This document shows, piece by piece, positions 1 to 9,656 of a DNA stretch of 46,203 bases. Numbering within the stretch: position 1 is the first letter of the stretch; each line of letters begins with the position of its first letter. Source of the DNA: a virus (lineage: Duplodnaviria; Caudoviricetes); the IMG/VR virus record IMGVR_UViG_3300027815_000011, positions 1 through 46,203 of that record, one strand, 5' to 3'. The translations under genes were made by a program, and so were the position numbers. The notes under the pieces were generated by a model. It saw only the letters and a list, made by a program, of their open reading frames with translations, did not search any database and was not told where the DNA came from.

Positions 1-162
1 TCTTACGTTTTCTGTGTGCTGCTATTTACAGCATCTAAACTTTAGGGATTGACCACGAACGCCGCCTGCAACAACTCGAATCGCGCCAACACTAACCACC
101 GGAGCCACGATGGACAGAAACGCACTCTCGCAATATTTGGAACACTAACCAACGGAGGAACT

Positions 163-483
163 ATGAAACGCAATCTCGACCAAGTAATGACCGACCTCGA
201 CGGCAAGGATTTCGGGGATAAGGCAACGCTGAAGATGGTTTGCTTCGGGGCGGTATCAACTCCAATGCAGGGGGATGAAGCAATCCCGATGGAGAAAAAG
301 ATCAAACAATACGCGCTGTTGCAAAAGATCAACGCAGGCGGCGAGTGTGATTTGTCGGCGGAAGATATTGCCCTCATCAAGGAGCGGGCGAGTAAGCTCT
401 ACCCCATCCTGATCTTCGGGCGGCTGACTGATCTGCTGGAGAACGAGCCTGCGCTGAAGTCGGTGCCGAAAGAACAAGCGTGA
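163..483 (+). CDS. hypothetical phage protein (tail-fibre-proximal)
   Basis: ATG at 163 preceded by GGAGG; 106 aa, in frame with ORF 49..483. Confidence 0.7.
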   Translation: MKRNLDQVMTDLDGKDFGDKATLKMVCFGAVSTPMQGDEAIPMEKKIKQYALLQKINAGGECDLSAEDIALIKERASKLYPILIFGRLTDLLENEPALKSVPKEQA

Positions 484-535
484 TACTCGCCCTAATCCTG
501 ACCGCAGTGCTGTGCGGGCTGAATCTGCTGGTGAA

Positions 536-841
536 ATGATGAGCGATCATCATGGCTGGACTCTCGAAACGCTCAAAACGCTGATGGACGAGCGGGATAG
601 GCGTTACGGTGAGTTATCGACGGCAAAGGAAAAGTCTGTAGAGGTCGCGCTGGCGAACGCGGAAAAAGCCGTGATGGTCAGCGAGCGCAACGCAGAGAAG
701 TGGCGGGACAACGCGAACGAATGGCGGCAGGCGATGACTGATCGTGAGAGAAACTTTCTGCCGCGCAACATTGGCTATATCATCGGAGCGTTGACGAGTC
801 TTACGCTGATTTTAGGCTTGCTTGAAAGGTTTACGAGATGA
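536..841 (+). CDS. membrane protein, holin/antiholin-like
   Basis: Coiled-coil-like body with one C-terminal hydrophobic segment (IGYIIGALTSLTLILGLL); stop overlaps the endolysin start; start codon uncertain. Confidence 0.55.
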   Translation: MMSDHHGWTLETLKTLMDERDRRYGELSTAKEKSVEVALANAEKAVMVSERNAEKWRDNANEWRQAMTDRERNFLPRNIGYIIGALTSLTLILGLLERFTR

Positions 842-1278
842 TGAAGTGCAGCGACGAGGGGCTTGAGTTCATCATGCGATGGGAGGGCTGCAAGCTCACC
901 GCGTATCCTGATCCTGCGACCGGGGATGAGCCTTGGACAATCGGCGTAGGGCACACGGGCGGCGTCAAGGAGGGCGATACCATCACCCGCGAGCAGGCGC
1001 TTGAGCTACTGCGGAAGGATGCGGAGACTGCGGAGAAGTGCGTCAACAACGGAGTAAAGGGGGCAATCACGCAAGGCCAGTTCGATGCGCTGGTGAGCCT
1101 CGTATTCAACATAGGCTGCGGAAACTTCACGCGGTCAACGCTGCTCGCTCGCCTTAATGAAGGCGTTGACGACGATATCGTTGCAAAGCAATTTCTCGTA
1201 TGGAATCGGGCAAATCACAAAGTAATGGCTGGCCTGACCAATCGCAGGCAGGCAGAGAAAGATGTATTCTTGACATGA
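838..1278 (+). CDS. endolysin, GH24 phage lysozyme
   Basis: WEGCKLTAYPDPATGDEPWTIGVGHT catalytic E/D/T region, QFDALVSLVFNIG, GLTNRRQAE. Confidence 0.95.
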   Translation: MMKCSDEGLEFIMRWEGCKLTAYPDPATGDEPWTIGVGHTGGVKEGDTITREQALELLRKDAETAEKCVNNGVKGAITQGQFDALVSLVFNIGCGNFTRSTLLARLNEGVDDDIVAKQFLVWNRANHKVMAGLTNRRQAEKDVFLT

Positions 1279-1643
1279 TCGTTGACCAGCGCGCACCAGA
1301 CCCTTATAGATGGGAGCCGGGCGACTACTTGGCTTTCCTCTACACGTTGGGATTCTTGGCTATGGTCGCCGGAGTAATGTATATCACCATTCCCGATGAA
1401 AATAGCCAGATCGCAAACACGCTGGTAACGATCATGAGCACTATCCAGATCGGCATCGGGAAGTGTTACTATGATCGTGCCAAGGCGGATATTGCCATTC
1501 AGAAATCGTCGGCAGCTCAACAGGCAAAGTCCGCCGATACCATTCAGGAGATAGCGAAAAAGGCAACTCCAACATCGGAACTAAAGCCGGTAACAGACCT
1601 ACCCGTAGTCCCCGCAACTCCACCAACCGAGGAAATAAAATGA
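1275..1643 (+). CDS. putative holin (two hydrophobic segments)
   Basis: ATGA overlap with the lysozyme stop; segments YLAFLYTLGFLAMVAGVMYITI and IANTLVTIMSTIQIGIG. Confidence 0.55.
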   Translation: MIVDQRAPDPYRWEPGDYLAFLYTLGFLAMVAGVMYITIPDENSQIANTLVTIMSTIQIGIGKCYYDRAKADIAIQKSSAAQQAKSADTIQEIAKKATPTSELKPVTDLPVVPATPPTEEIK

Positions 1644-2005
1644 CCAGACTATTAGCAGTCGCAGTCGTATTATCCGCGCTGATTTCGGCGTGCGCATCAA
1701 CCGGACTATCGCCAGAGGAAAGAATCGTGGCAGGCGCCAGCACAGTAACGGCAGCAGCAACAGTCGGCAACGTGGCACTCAAGAACGACAAGATCACCGT
1801 TCCGCAGGCCAAGAGCTACGATGGCCTATTGCGCGCAGCACAGGGGCACCTGACGACAGCGGCGGCAACGCTATCGGACTGCCGCAAAAAGACCGGCAGC
1901 AGCAAAGCGACGCAGCCTGATCCGTGCGAGCCAGGTGTCGCAGCGGACATTACGCTCGCCGTGACCATCGCAAATGACGTGAAAAAAACGCTGGATACTA
2001 AGTAG
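1640..2005 (+). CDS. lipoprotein, possible spanin component
   Basis: Signal peptide ending in lipobox-like LISA-C; located in the lysis cassette. Confidence 0.7.
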   Translation: MTRLLAVAVVLSALISACASTGLSPEERIVAGASTVTAAATVGNVALKNDKITVPQAKSYDGLLRAAQGHLTTAAATLSDCRKKTGSSKATQPDPCEPGVAADITLAVTIANDVKKTLDTK

Positions 2006-2353
2006 ATGGATCGATCGCACGTTGAGTTTGGAAACATGCAGCGCGACGAACGCGATGAATGGCCGAAGGACGAGCCAGTCGGATCGTTCGACATCGGTAA
2101 CGGTGTTGCGGACTATCCAGGATCTACCGGGCACATTCTATTCGTCTGCCCGAACGGCAAGCGTTGCTCTGTTCTGCTTGGGCCGACGTTTGTCCCGCGA
2201 CCGGCAGAGAGCAAGTGCAATGTGTGGGCGTGGGATGGAAACAAAGACCGACCGACTATAACGCCGTCGATCAACTGCATTGCGGAGAAAGACGGGAAAC
2301 CTACCGGCGGATGCGGCTGGCACGGCTTTATAACTGCCGGAGTAATGAAGTGA
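2006..2353 (+). CDS. DUF6527-like protein
   Basis: FVCPNG...C, WAWDGNKDRPTITPSI and CGWHGFITAG motifs. Confidence 0.65.
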   Translation: MDRSHVEFGNMQRDERDEWPKDEPVGSFDIGNGVADYPGSTGHILFVCPNGKRCSVLLGPTFVPRPAESKCNVWAWDGNKDRPTITPSINCIAEKDGKPTGGCGWHGFITAGVMK

Positions 2354-2410
2354 CAAAGTAATGCGACCTTTGAAATTCACAGTTATTCTCATAATTTTAG
2401 GAGATAAGAC

Positions 2411-2668
2411 ATGGGTGCCATCCTCAGTATCATCCCGATGTTGAATACCGCGCTCGGCGTCATCGGCGCATTCAAAGGCTCGGCGCAGGCAGCGAAGGTA
2501 ACGGGCTACGTGCAGGATGCCGTTTCCGTGGTGACCGCGCTCAGTCCATTGGTCACGCAGTTCGGCAGCGGCAAGGAAGTCACGGAAGAAGATGTGCGCG
2601 CCGCTCTGGCCGGCATGGATACCGCGCTCAACGAGTTCGAGGCGACGATCAAGGCGAAGGGCGGCTGA
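2411..2668 (+). CDS. hypothetical amphipathic protein
   Basis: AGGAG RBS; 85 aa. Confidence 0.7.
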   Translation: MGAILSIIPMLNTALGVIGAFKGSAQAAKVTGYVQDAVSVVTALSPLVTQFGSGKEVTEEDVRAALAGMDTALNEFEATIKAKGG

Positions 2669-2702
2669 ACAACCGTGTGGATATTATTTACGGAGGCGGC
2701 CT

Positions 2703-3335
2703 ATTTGGATATTTAGTTCTCTATCCAGACCCGACCTGATCCGCCGCGTGGTGGACGCATACGCTTGGGGCGGCGAGTCCCAAGTGCTGCTCACGCTCTA
2801 CTCGGGCGACAAGCGATTGCAGGAATACCTCGACCAGCGGTGGCCTGACAACTGGCGCACCGAGATCGTGGACATGCGAGGCAACGGGCCGACATACAAC
2901 GAAATCTTGCGCCGATACCCGGACGAGCCGTGCTACGGGTTCCTTGCCGACGACGCCGTGCTCGACGTTCCCGGTATGCTGGCCGAACTCGAGCACGACG
3001 CCGGCACCGACTGCGTCGCCTACGCCAACGACCAGCACCACGGTGAGGCGATCTGCACGATGCCCTGCATTGGCGGCGATCTGGTGCGCCGGGTCGGATA
3101 CCTCGCGCCGCGGAACCTGATCCACTGGGGGGTAGACTGCGTGTGGCACGAAATCGGCCGGAAACTGGGCGCGTTGCGCTACCGCCCGGATCTGACCTAC
3201 ACGCACCTGCATCCCCTCTTCGGCGCCGGAAAGTGGGACAAGACCTATCTGGAAGCGCAAAATGCGAGTATCTTTTACCGTGATGCATTCCGAGCGTGGG
3301 CGGTCAACGAACTGCCGCGCGTGACCGGAGCTTGA
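2703..3335 (+). CDS. glycosyltransferase family 2-like protein
   Basis: N-terminal SRP, YGFLADD (DxD-like), HWGVDCVW, HLHP; likely ATT start 6 nt after GGAGG (start uncertain). Confidence 0.65.
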   Translation: MWIFSSLSRPDLIRRVVDAYAWGGESQVLLTLYSGDKRLQEYLDQRWPDNWRTEIVDMRGNGPTYNEILRRYPDEPCYGFLADDAVLDVPGMLAELEHDAGTDCVAYANDQHHGEAICTMPCIGGDLVRRVGYLAPRNLIHWGVDCVWHEIGRKLGALRYRPDLTYTHLHPLFGAGKWDKTYLEAQNASIFYRDAFRAWAVNELPRVTGA

Positions 3336-3336
3336 T

Positions 3337-4905
3337 ATGACGCCTCAAGAATACGCTTCCACCATCAACGCTATCTACGTGCCGCCCGGTGACGAGGGCA
3401 GCGGCGGTTACTGGGCGGTGCCCGGCGCTGGTGACGAGGGCGGGCGCGGTCGTGTTTCTGACGAGACAATGTCGCGGCGCGCGCAAGGGCTTCCCGAGGG
3501 AGGCTACTCGTTTGTCGGGCCGGATGGGCGCAACTACTACGCCAACGGTGGCAACTGGGACTACTGGGCGCGGCAGTTAGGATACGAGCCTTCGCAGGTC
3601 ACCGCGATGGGACCGCACGGCGAGGTAGGGATACTCGACGACCTCGCCGTGCAGATCGGGCAGGGCACGTCTGGGCAGCCTTGGTACAACCAACTCGCTG
3701 AGATTTCCCCGCTGCTGATGGGCGGCGCGTTCACCGGGGCGGCGTTGAGCGGGATGCTGCCGGGGGCGGTCGGGGCAGGCGGCGCGCCGGCAGCCTCCGG
3801 GACAAGCATGGCCGGGTTCCAGTCGGCCAATCCATTCGCTGCATCTTCGGTTGGCGGCTTCGCTGACCCTCTCTACGGCACTGCCCTGGGCGGCGCAAAC
3901 GCCGGAACGGTGGCCGCTGGCTCTGCCGGCACCGCGGCGACCGTTGGCGGGATTGCCGCCGGCGATGCGCTGGCAGGAACCTCGTTGGCGGCAGGGGCGA
4001 TAAATCCGTTTACCGGCCTGCCCTTCAATCAGTTTGTGGATTTGGCGAATAGCAGCCCGGGCGCTGCATCGATCCCATTTACCAACGTCCCGACAGGCGG
4101 CCTACCATCCGGCACGCAGGCTCCGGCTCCGGTGCAAAATGGCCCGACGAACCCGTCGACCGGCCCGGGCGGCAGCGTGCCTCCAGCGGTAGGACTGCCG
4201 ACTACCGGACTCCCGGGCTTGCCTGTCAGCGGACTCCCGGGCTTGGTGGCGGGCGCTGGCGGCATCGGCTCGCTCATAAGCGCACTGCCGAACATTATCG
4301 GGGCCGGATCTGGCCTGAACACGATGTTCAACAGCACGCCAGCCGTAGACCCGAACATGGTGAACGCGCTCTGGCAGGCCGGTCAGAACACCTACAACAC
4401 CTCGCTCGACCCGCAGGGCGACCTGTACCGGCGCACGCAGCAGCAGCTTCAGGAGCAGACCCGCGCGGCTCAAGCGGCGCGCGGCATCTCCATGTCGCCC
4501 TACGGCGCGGGGATCGAGAACAAGGCCATGTCTGACTTCAACATCGACTGGGCGAATCAGCAGCTTAACCGGCAGGTGCAAGGGGCTGGCGCTTTCTCGG
4601 GGGCCGGGAACGTCGCTGCCAACGCAGGCGTCGCCAACAACGCGCAGGCTTTCATGCAGAACCAGACCGGGCTCAACAACCTGACGACCGCGCTCACAGG
4701 CACTCCGGCTGGCATGACCTACAACCCGGCGACCGGGCAATGGACTACCGCAGGCGGCAATCCGGGGCTTCTGAATCAGGCGGGATCGTGGCTGTCGAAC
4801 CTGTGGGGAGGTGGAGCGACTGCCGCGCCCGCTGCACAGCCCGCCTTCGACATGACGCAGTTCCAGAATCCGGGCTTCGCCATGAACTTCGACTACGGGG
4901 TGTGA
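3337..4905 (+). CDS. internal virion/DNA ejection protein
   Basis: 522 aa, Gly/Ala/Gln-rich with hydrophobic stretches and AARGISMSPYGAG; first of three coupled large ORFs. Confidence 0.65.
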   Translation: MTPQEYASTINAIYVPPGDEGSGGYWAVPGAGDEGGRGRVSDETMSRRAQGLPEGGYSFVGPDGRNYYANGGNWDYWARQLGYEPSQVTAMGPHGEVGILDDLAVQIGQGTSGQPWYNQLAEISPLLMGGAFTGAALSGMLPGAVGAGGAPAASGTSMAGFQSANPFAASSVGGFADPLYGTALGGANAGTVAAGSAGTAATVGGIAAGDALAGTSLAAGAINPFTGLPFNQFVDLANSSPGAASIPFTNVPTGGLPSGTQAPAPVQNGPTNPSTGPGGSVPPAVGLPTTGLPGLPVSGLPGLVAGAGGIGSLISALPNIIGAGSGLNTMFNSTPAVDPNMVNALWQAGQNTYNTSLDPQGDLYRRTQQQLQEQTRAAQAARGISMSPYGAGIENKAMSDFNIDWANQQLNRQVQGAGAFSGAGNVAANAGVANNAQAFMQNQTGLNNLTTALTGTPAGMTYNPATGQWTTAGGNPGLLNQAGSWLSNLWGGGATAAPAAQPAFDMTQFQNPGFAMNFDYGV

Positions 4906-4906
4906 C

Positions 4907-6472
4907 ATGGCCGGATACGAAGGCGGGTTCACTGGTGCGATAAACAGCGCGAACCTGCGGGGAATGTACCAGCAGCAGGTCGCGCAGATGCAACAGGCGC
5001 AGATGCGTGCTGCCATCGAGCAGCGGATGAAGCAGGACGCCCTGCAAATGGGGTTGGCCGATCAGGCTAACATGGGGGCGAGCTTGCCAGCCCTTGTTGC
5101 GCCTCCGCGAGTGCCGCCGGGGGTAGGGGTAGCCTCAGTTAAGCAGCGCCCCGCAATCGCGCAGGCAGACGCCCCCACGGTCATTCCTGCGCCACTTGGA
5201 CAACCGGCTACGCCGCCGTACGAGGCCGTGGGCCAAAAGGGCTTCAGGGGAGACCCGAACCAGATTTTGGATGAAATCGCCAACATCCCCGGAGCGGGTC
5301 TTGATCCGGGAGACCGCGAGAAAATGCTGGCCCAGTTCAAAGCGCAGTCCCCGGCATCGTTCGGCGCCTTCCAACGGGAACCCGGTGGCGCATTCCTGAA
5401 TCAGCCCGGCGACGAGGTAGCGAAGCCGCCAGTCCCGGAAGCGGCGGCTCCAGCGGCTGCGGCCCCCGCAGCAGCTGCGCCCGCGAGTCCAGCAAGTCAG
5501 GCAGTTGATTATCTCAAGCTATTTGTAGAAGATCAGGTGTCTCGCGGAGTGACTGGCGCTCCCCTCGCGCGCTCGGTAGCGTTGGCATACCCGATCCTGA
5601 ACAAGGAGGCCCAGAGCGTACTGAGGGTTTCCGCCCAAGAGAACCAGCTTCTGAAAACGCAACTGGATTTCGTGATGAAGAAAGCTCTGTTGCCGATCAA
5701 GCAACAGACGGCGGATGCTGGAACGGCTGCGGCTGGTGCCAAGGTTACAACCGCCGCCGCTGCCACGAGAAACGCTGACACCGCCGAGACGCGCGCCGCC
5801 ACCGCTGCGACGCGCGCTGGAACTGCGGAAAGGCAAGGGGATGAAAGATTGGCCCAACGCCAGCGCGAGTTCGAGGAAAGACAGAAGTTAGAGAGGGAGA
5901 AGCTGGCTGAGAGAGCCAAAGCGCAAGCCGGGAAGCCTACGCAAACAGATAGGCAGCACTACATGGACAGCAATCAACTTCTGAAGGCGGTTGCCCGGGT
6001 TGAGACCATGCTTAACAACCCAGCCACCCGCAAAAAGATAGACGACTCCCGTGTGGCGAACTTCTTTTCAGACGTTATTGAAACGAAGACGATTCAGCAA
6101 TTCTTGGTGCGTCCAAACCTCGACCCTGACGTGAAAACGTATCTCGCTGAAGTGGCAAACCTCCGAAATCAGTACTACTTGGATATGTCGGGGAAGGCCG
6201 TAACCGGAGGCGAGGCGCTGAGAAACTACGGCGCTGTCATGCAGCCGTCCGATACGGCAGATGACGTGATGACCAAAATGGGGGTCGCCAAGACGAGGGC
6301 GAACGAGAAAATGCGCGATCTCGAGACGTATTTTCCGTCGCTGTCGGTAATCAAAGGTAAACCAGCAGGCGAAGGTGGTGCCGGCACCGGCGCACCTATC
6401 CCGACGACGGCAGTCACTGGGCGTAGAGCGGGCGACAACGGTGGGGGCTGGTCGATCAAGCCAATACCATAA
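4907..6472 (+). CDS. internal virion/DNA ejection protein
   Basis: 521 aa, Ala/Gln-rich coiled coil, C-terminal SGKAVTGGE region; coupled to neighbours. Confidence 0.65.
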   Translation: MAGYEGGFTGAINSANLRGMYQQQVAQMQQAQMRAAIEQRMKQDALQMGLADQANMGASLPALVAPPRVPPGVGVASVKQRPAIAQADAPTVIPAPLGQPATPPYEAVGQKGFRGDPNQILDEIANIPGAGLDPGDREKMLAQFKAQSPASFGAFQREPGGAFLNQPGDEVAKPPVPEAAAPAAAAPAAAAPASPASQAVDYLKLFVEDQVSRGVTGAPLARSVALAYPILNKEAQSVLRVSAQENQLLKTQLDFVMKKALLPIKQQTADAGTAAAGAKVTTAAAATRNADTAETRAATAATRAGTAERQGDERLAQRQREFEERQKLEREKLAERAKAQAGKPTQTDRQHYMDSNQLLKAVARVETMLNNPATRKKIDDSRVANFFSDVIETKTIQQFLVRPNLDPDVKTYLAEVANLRNQYYLDMSGKAVTGGEALRNYGAVMQPSDTADDVMTKMGVAKTRANEKMRDLETYFPSLSVIKGKPAGEGGAGTGAPIPTTAVTGRRAGDNGGGWSIKPIP

Positions 6473-9012
6473 TGCCGAAGTTCCAAGTCACATCTCCGGA
6501 AGGTAAATCGTACGAGATTACCGCGCCGGAAGGGGCCACGCAGGATCAGGTGCTTTCCTACGCCAAGTCTCAGTTCGGGGCTTCGGCCACACCGCCCGGC
6601 CAGCAGGATACCTCCTCGAAAGAAGCGTTCCTGAAAAGCGGGCTTCCGCCTCCGCTTAGTGACTCTGCTGGAGATTTCCCCGGCTCAGATTACATCGGAC
6701 AGCTTGAAGCAGCCGGATCTGTAGGCTCGGCAATCCTTGGTGGGCTTGTCGGGCCAGTGGCCGGAGTGGGCAGAAGGCTATTCGGTGGCACGGCGCGGGA
6801 GGCCGAGAAAACCGCAGCGGACGTGGGGCGCGCGGTTTACTACGAGCCGCGCACGCCGAAGGGGCGCGGCAACATGGAGGCGCTACGGGGCGAGATCAAT
6901 TTACCGTTCGGCCTTGGGAGAGACAGTCCGATGCGATTGATCTCTGGCATGGGACCGCCTGAGCAGATGATGCTCGCGGGTGCGGCGAAACCTTCGGTTA
7001 ACATTCCGATGCGCAGGTCCATTAAAGGCGAGATTGCGCCGCCACCTATGGTGACTGGCGACTCGGCGCAGAGCCTACTCGCTTCCCTGCAATCCGTGCG
7101 CGACAAGATCGAGGGCAAGGTGGCTGGCAAGACATCTCGTGCCGCGACCGCATCCGAAGGCATCATTCGCCGCGCCGAAGAATCAGGGGCGCAACAGATA
7201 ACCGGGGCGGAAAGACTGGGGGCGCAAACCGTTCAAGACGCTGAATCTGCCTTTGAAGCAGCGCGCGCTGCACCGAGGGGCACGCCTACCGCTACGGCTG
7301 GCGAAACTGGACAGACTGTGCGCGGAGTGATTTCAGGTCGCATGACCGCCATTGAGGATGCCATCAAGAAGGCAACAGAGGAAGCTCGGCTTACCGCGTT
7401 CTCGACTGAGGAAAGGGTTGGTTTGGCACCGGCTCTTGCGCAGGTGGAGAAGATGATGCTGGCAACGAACCGGCCACAAATCTTAGCGGCCCTGAAGGAA
7501 GCGAAAGGCATTCTCAATGGGGCGGTGAAAAAATCTGGTCTTGATGTGTCTCAGTTATCGCCAACGCAAATAGCGGCGATGCGGAAAAGCGGCGAACTTG
7601 TTTTCGACAAAGTCACCGGAAACTTTATCCCGGCAAAGGGGGCACAGACCGCAACGGTTGAACTCGCGGATGATGCCCGCAAAGGATTGAATGACATCTT
7701 GCGGCAGGTTGGCAAGGGAGAATTTGCGGCGAAAGAAATCAAGATAATCCAGAACGCGATAGAGGGTAATGCCCCACAGAAATACCGGGATTATTTAAAC
7801 GTCGAGCGCGCAGAACGCACGAAGCTTGACCCGTTTTCTCAATCGTCTGGCGCGGGTGCGCGCACTTCTGGGGTAATAATGAAAGACCAGTACGGACGTG
7901 ATTTCATGGCGAACCCCGAGTCAATCGGAGGGAAGTACTTTCGCTCTGGCGACGAAGGCGCGGCAGCGGCCCGAGAATTCAAGACCGCGACTGGCGCCGA
8001 TCCGGAAGCTCAACGCGTTATGTCGGCCTACGTTGCCGGCAAGCTCAAGGATACGTCTCCAGAGAAGTGGGGGCCATTCCTCGCAAAGCACGAGTCGGCT
8101 CTGCGCGAATACGGACTGTACGATTTCATGAAAGCCCACGAGCAGACCGCGGTCAATGCCAAAGGATCGCTGACCAGCGCGGCGGCGCAATCGAAGGAAG
8201 GAATAGCGGCGGCGAAGGCGACGGCGAAGGCCGGGATGGGGGCGGCAGAAACTTCAGCCGCTGCGCTTACCGATCGCGCCGGGCAGACCGTGAAGAACGT
8301 CAAGAGGGGGCTTTCGGAAAATACACTCGGGCAACTCACCACGGACTTTAAGAGCGCGTCCGCGCCAAAAGGAACTGACGCGCGGCGCAAGCTGGAAAAG
8401 ATATTCACCGGCGGCGAGCGCGATCGCGACCTTAAGAACCTGGTCAACTTCACGAAACGCGACCCGGCGCAGATTCAGAACCTCCGCAACTCTCTCGGTG
8501 AGTGGATAACGACGCCGAACGAGATGACGAAAATCCCGTCGCCTACCGACTTGGTAGATAAGTGGAAGTCAGTGCTGCCAGAAGTGAAAAGTTCCGGCCT
8601 GATGGACGCGCAGCACATCAAGAACGTCGATTCGCTTATCGAGACCATTCGCCGCGCGGATCGCGCCGGGAGAACCGGAAGGGCGGCGGTTACGGTAGGC
8701 GGTTTCTTCTTTGGCCTGAGCGTCGGCCACCCGTTTGTCGGCTCGCACTTCGCTCGGGAGATTGGCGGGATCGTCACCAAGAAGGGCATGGAGAAGCGCA
8801 TTGCCGAACTCATGACCTCCGGCGCAATCGCGGATGCCAACATGGCCCGGTATCTGAATGCTCCGCTGACGCCCGCGAACGTCGAGCGCATCCGCGTCAT
8901 GCTGCCGACCGACGTGGCCGCTGCGCTGGTTCCAACAGCGGCGCGGGAGGACTCCAAGAGCAAGCCGCGCGCCCCCGCACGGGCGGGCGAAATAGCACCA
9001 CCACCACAATGA
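6472..9012 (+). CDS. large internal virion/DNA ejection protein
   Basis: 846 aa; N-terminus MPKFQVTSPEGKSYEITAPEGAT is typical of podovirus ejection proteins; Gly-rich hydrophobic segments. Confidence 0.65.
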   Translation: MPKFQVTSPEGKSYEITAPEGATQDQVLSYAKSQFGASATPPGQQDTSSKEAFLKSGLPPPLSDSAGDFPGSDYIGQLEAAGSVGSAILGGLVGPVAGVGRRLFGGTAREAEKTAADVGRAVYYEPRTPKGRGNMEALRGEINLPFGLGRDSPMRLISGMGPPEQMMLAGAAKPSVNIPMRRSIKGEIAPPPMVTGDSAQSLLASLQSVRDKIEGKVAGKTSRAATASEGIIRRAEESGAQQITGAERLGAQTVQDAESAFEAARAAPRGTPTATAGETGQTVRGVISGRMTAIEDAIKKATEEARLTAFSTEERVGLAPALAQVEKMMLATNRPQILAALKEAKGILNGAVKKSGLDVSQLSPTQIAAMRKSGELVFDKVTGNFIPAKGAQTATVELADDARKGLNDILRQVGKGEFAAKEIKIIQNAIEGNAPQKYRDYLNVERAERTKLDPFSQSSGAGARTSGVIMKDQYGRDFMANPESIGGKYFRSGDEGAAAAREFKTATGADPEAQRVMSAYVAGKLKDTSPEKWGPFLAKHESALREYGLYDFMKAHEQTAVNAKGSLTSAAAQSKEGIAAAKATAKAGMGAAETSAAALTDRAGQTVKNVKRGLSENTLGQLTTDFKSASAPKGTDARRKLEKIFTGGERDRDLKNLVNFTKRDPAQIQNLRNSLGEWITTPNEMTKIPSPTDLVDKWKSVLPEVKSSGLMDAQHIKNVDSLIETIRRADRAGRTGRAAVTVGGFFFGLSVGHPFVGSHFAREIGGIVTKKGMEKRIAELMTSGAIADANMARYLNAPLTPANVERIRVMLPTDVAAALVPTAAREDSKSKPRAPARAGEIAPPPQ

Positions 9013-9024
9013 AAGGAAGCCAAC

Positions 9025-9168
9025 ATGCCGAAGTTCCAGAAGCAAGCGAAGGTAGCGGAAAAGGGCAAGCCGCCGATGAAACCAATGCATCCAGCGGAGC
9101 ACAAGAAAATGATGGGCAAGTCGTCGGAAGCGGCTCGGGAAAAACGGTTGAAAGACACGCCTATCTGA
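9025..9168 (+). CDS. small basic protein (47 aa) with a scaffold-like C-terminus
   Basis: AAAGGAAG RBS; MPKFQKQAKVAEKGKPPMKPMHPAEHKKMMGKSSEAAREKRLKDTPI; exactly fills the intergenic gap; below the ORF-track cutoff. Confidence 0.65.
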   Translation: MPKFQKQAKVAEKGKPPMKPMHPAEHKKMMGKSSEAAREKRLKDTPI

Positions 9169-9185
9169 ACGTCACGGAGGGCGGC

Positions 9186-9656
9186 ATGAAGGACGCGCTC
9201 ATCGAGGCGCGCGGAGACATCTTCTTAGCCTCACAGATGCTCGGGATTACCGCTCTCAGGCTGAATCGTGCCATTCAGGTCTCCCCGACATTACAAGCAA
9301 CACTCGACGCCACCACGACATCGAGCAAGGGGTTGTCGAAGGAGGCTCTGAATGAAGCGATTGAGCATCGGCTGGGTCTTTATCGTGTAGCTGGGCTAGA
9401 TGCCCTACACGATATCGCATCCATGCCGATTGGGGAGAATTCCGCCATGGTTCAAGTAAAATTCGCCGCCGCATCTCGGATCGCCGGCTCGCCAGAAGGA
9501 GGCGCCGGAGGCGGAGAACTTGGGGAAGCCTTGAGATCACTGAACGCCCTTTATCACGAGGCTGCACCTAGATTAAGAGTGGTTCGAGAGCGTTTGTCGA
9601 TTGAACTGTCACCGGCGGGCGAGCACGACGTAACGCCGCCAGACCCGCAGCCGTAA
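9186..9656 (+). CDS. Fis-type HTH protein, possible terminase small subunit
   Basis: GGAGG RBS; ALIEARGDIFLASQMLGIT resembles an HTH_8 motif; no other TerS candidate seen. Confidence 0.5.
   Translation: MKDALIEARGDIFLASQMLGITALRLNRAIQVSPTLQATLDATTTSSKGLSKEALNEAIEHRLGLYRVAGLDALHDIASMPIGENSAMVQVKFAAASRIAGSPEGGAGGGELGEALRSLNALYHEAAPRLRVVRERLSIELSPAGEHDVTPPDPQP

Noticed and set aside
1-95. C-terminus of tail fibre 2 (DHERRLQQLESRQH) wrapping from the window end
   Set aside because: Plausible coiled-coil tail, but an in-frame TAA at 36-38 breaks it and I see no terminal overlap, so circularity is unsupported.
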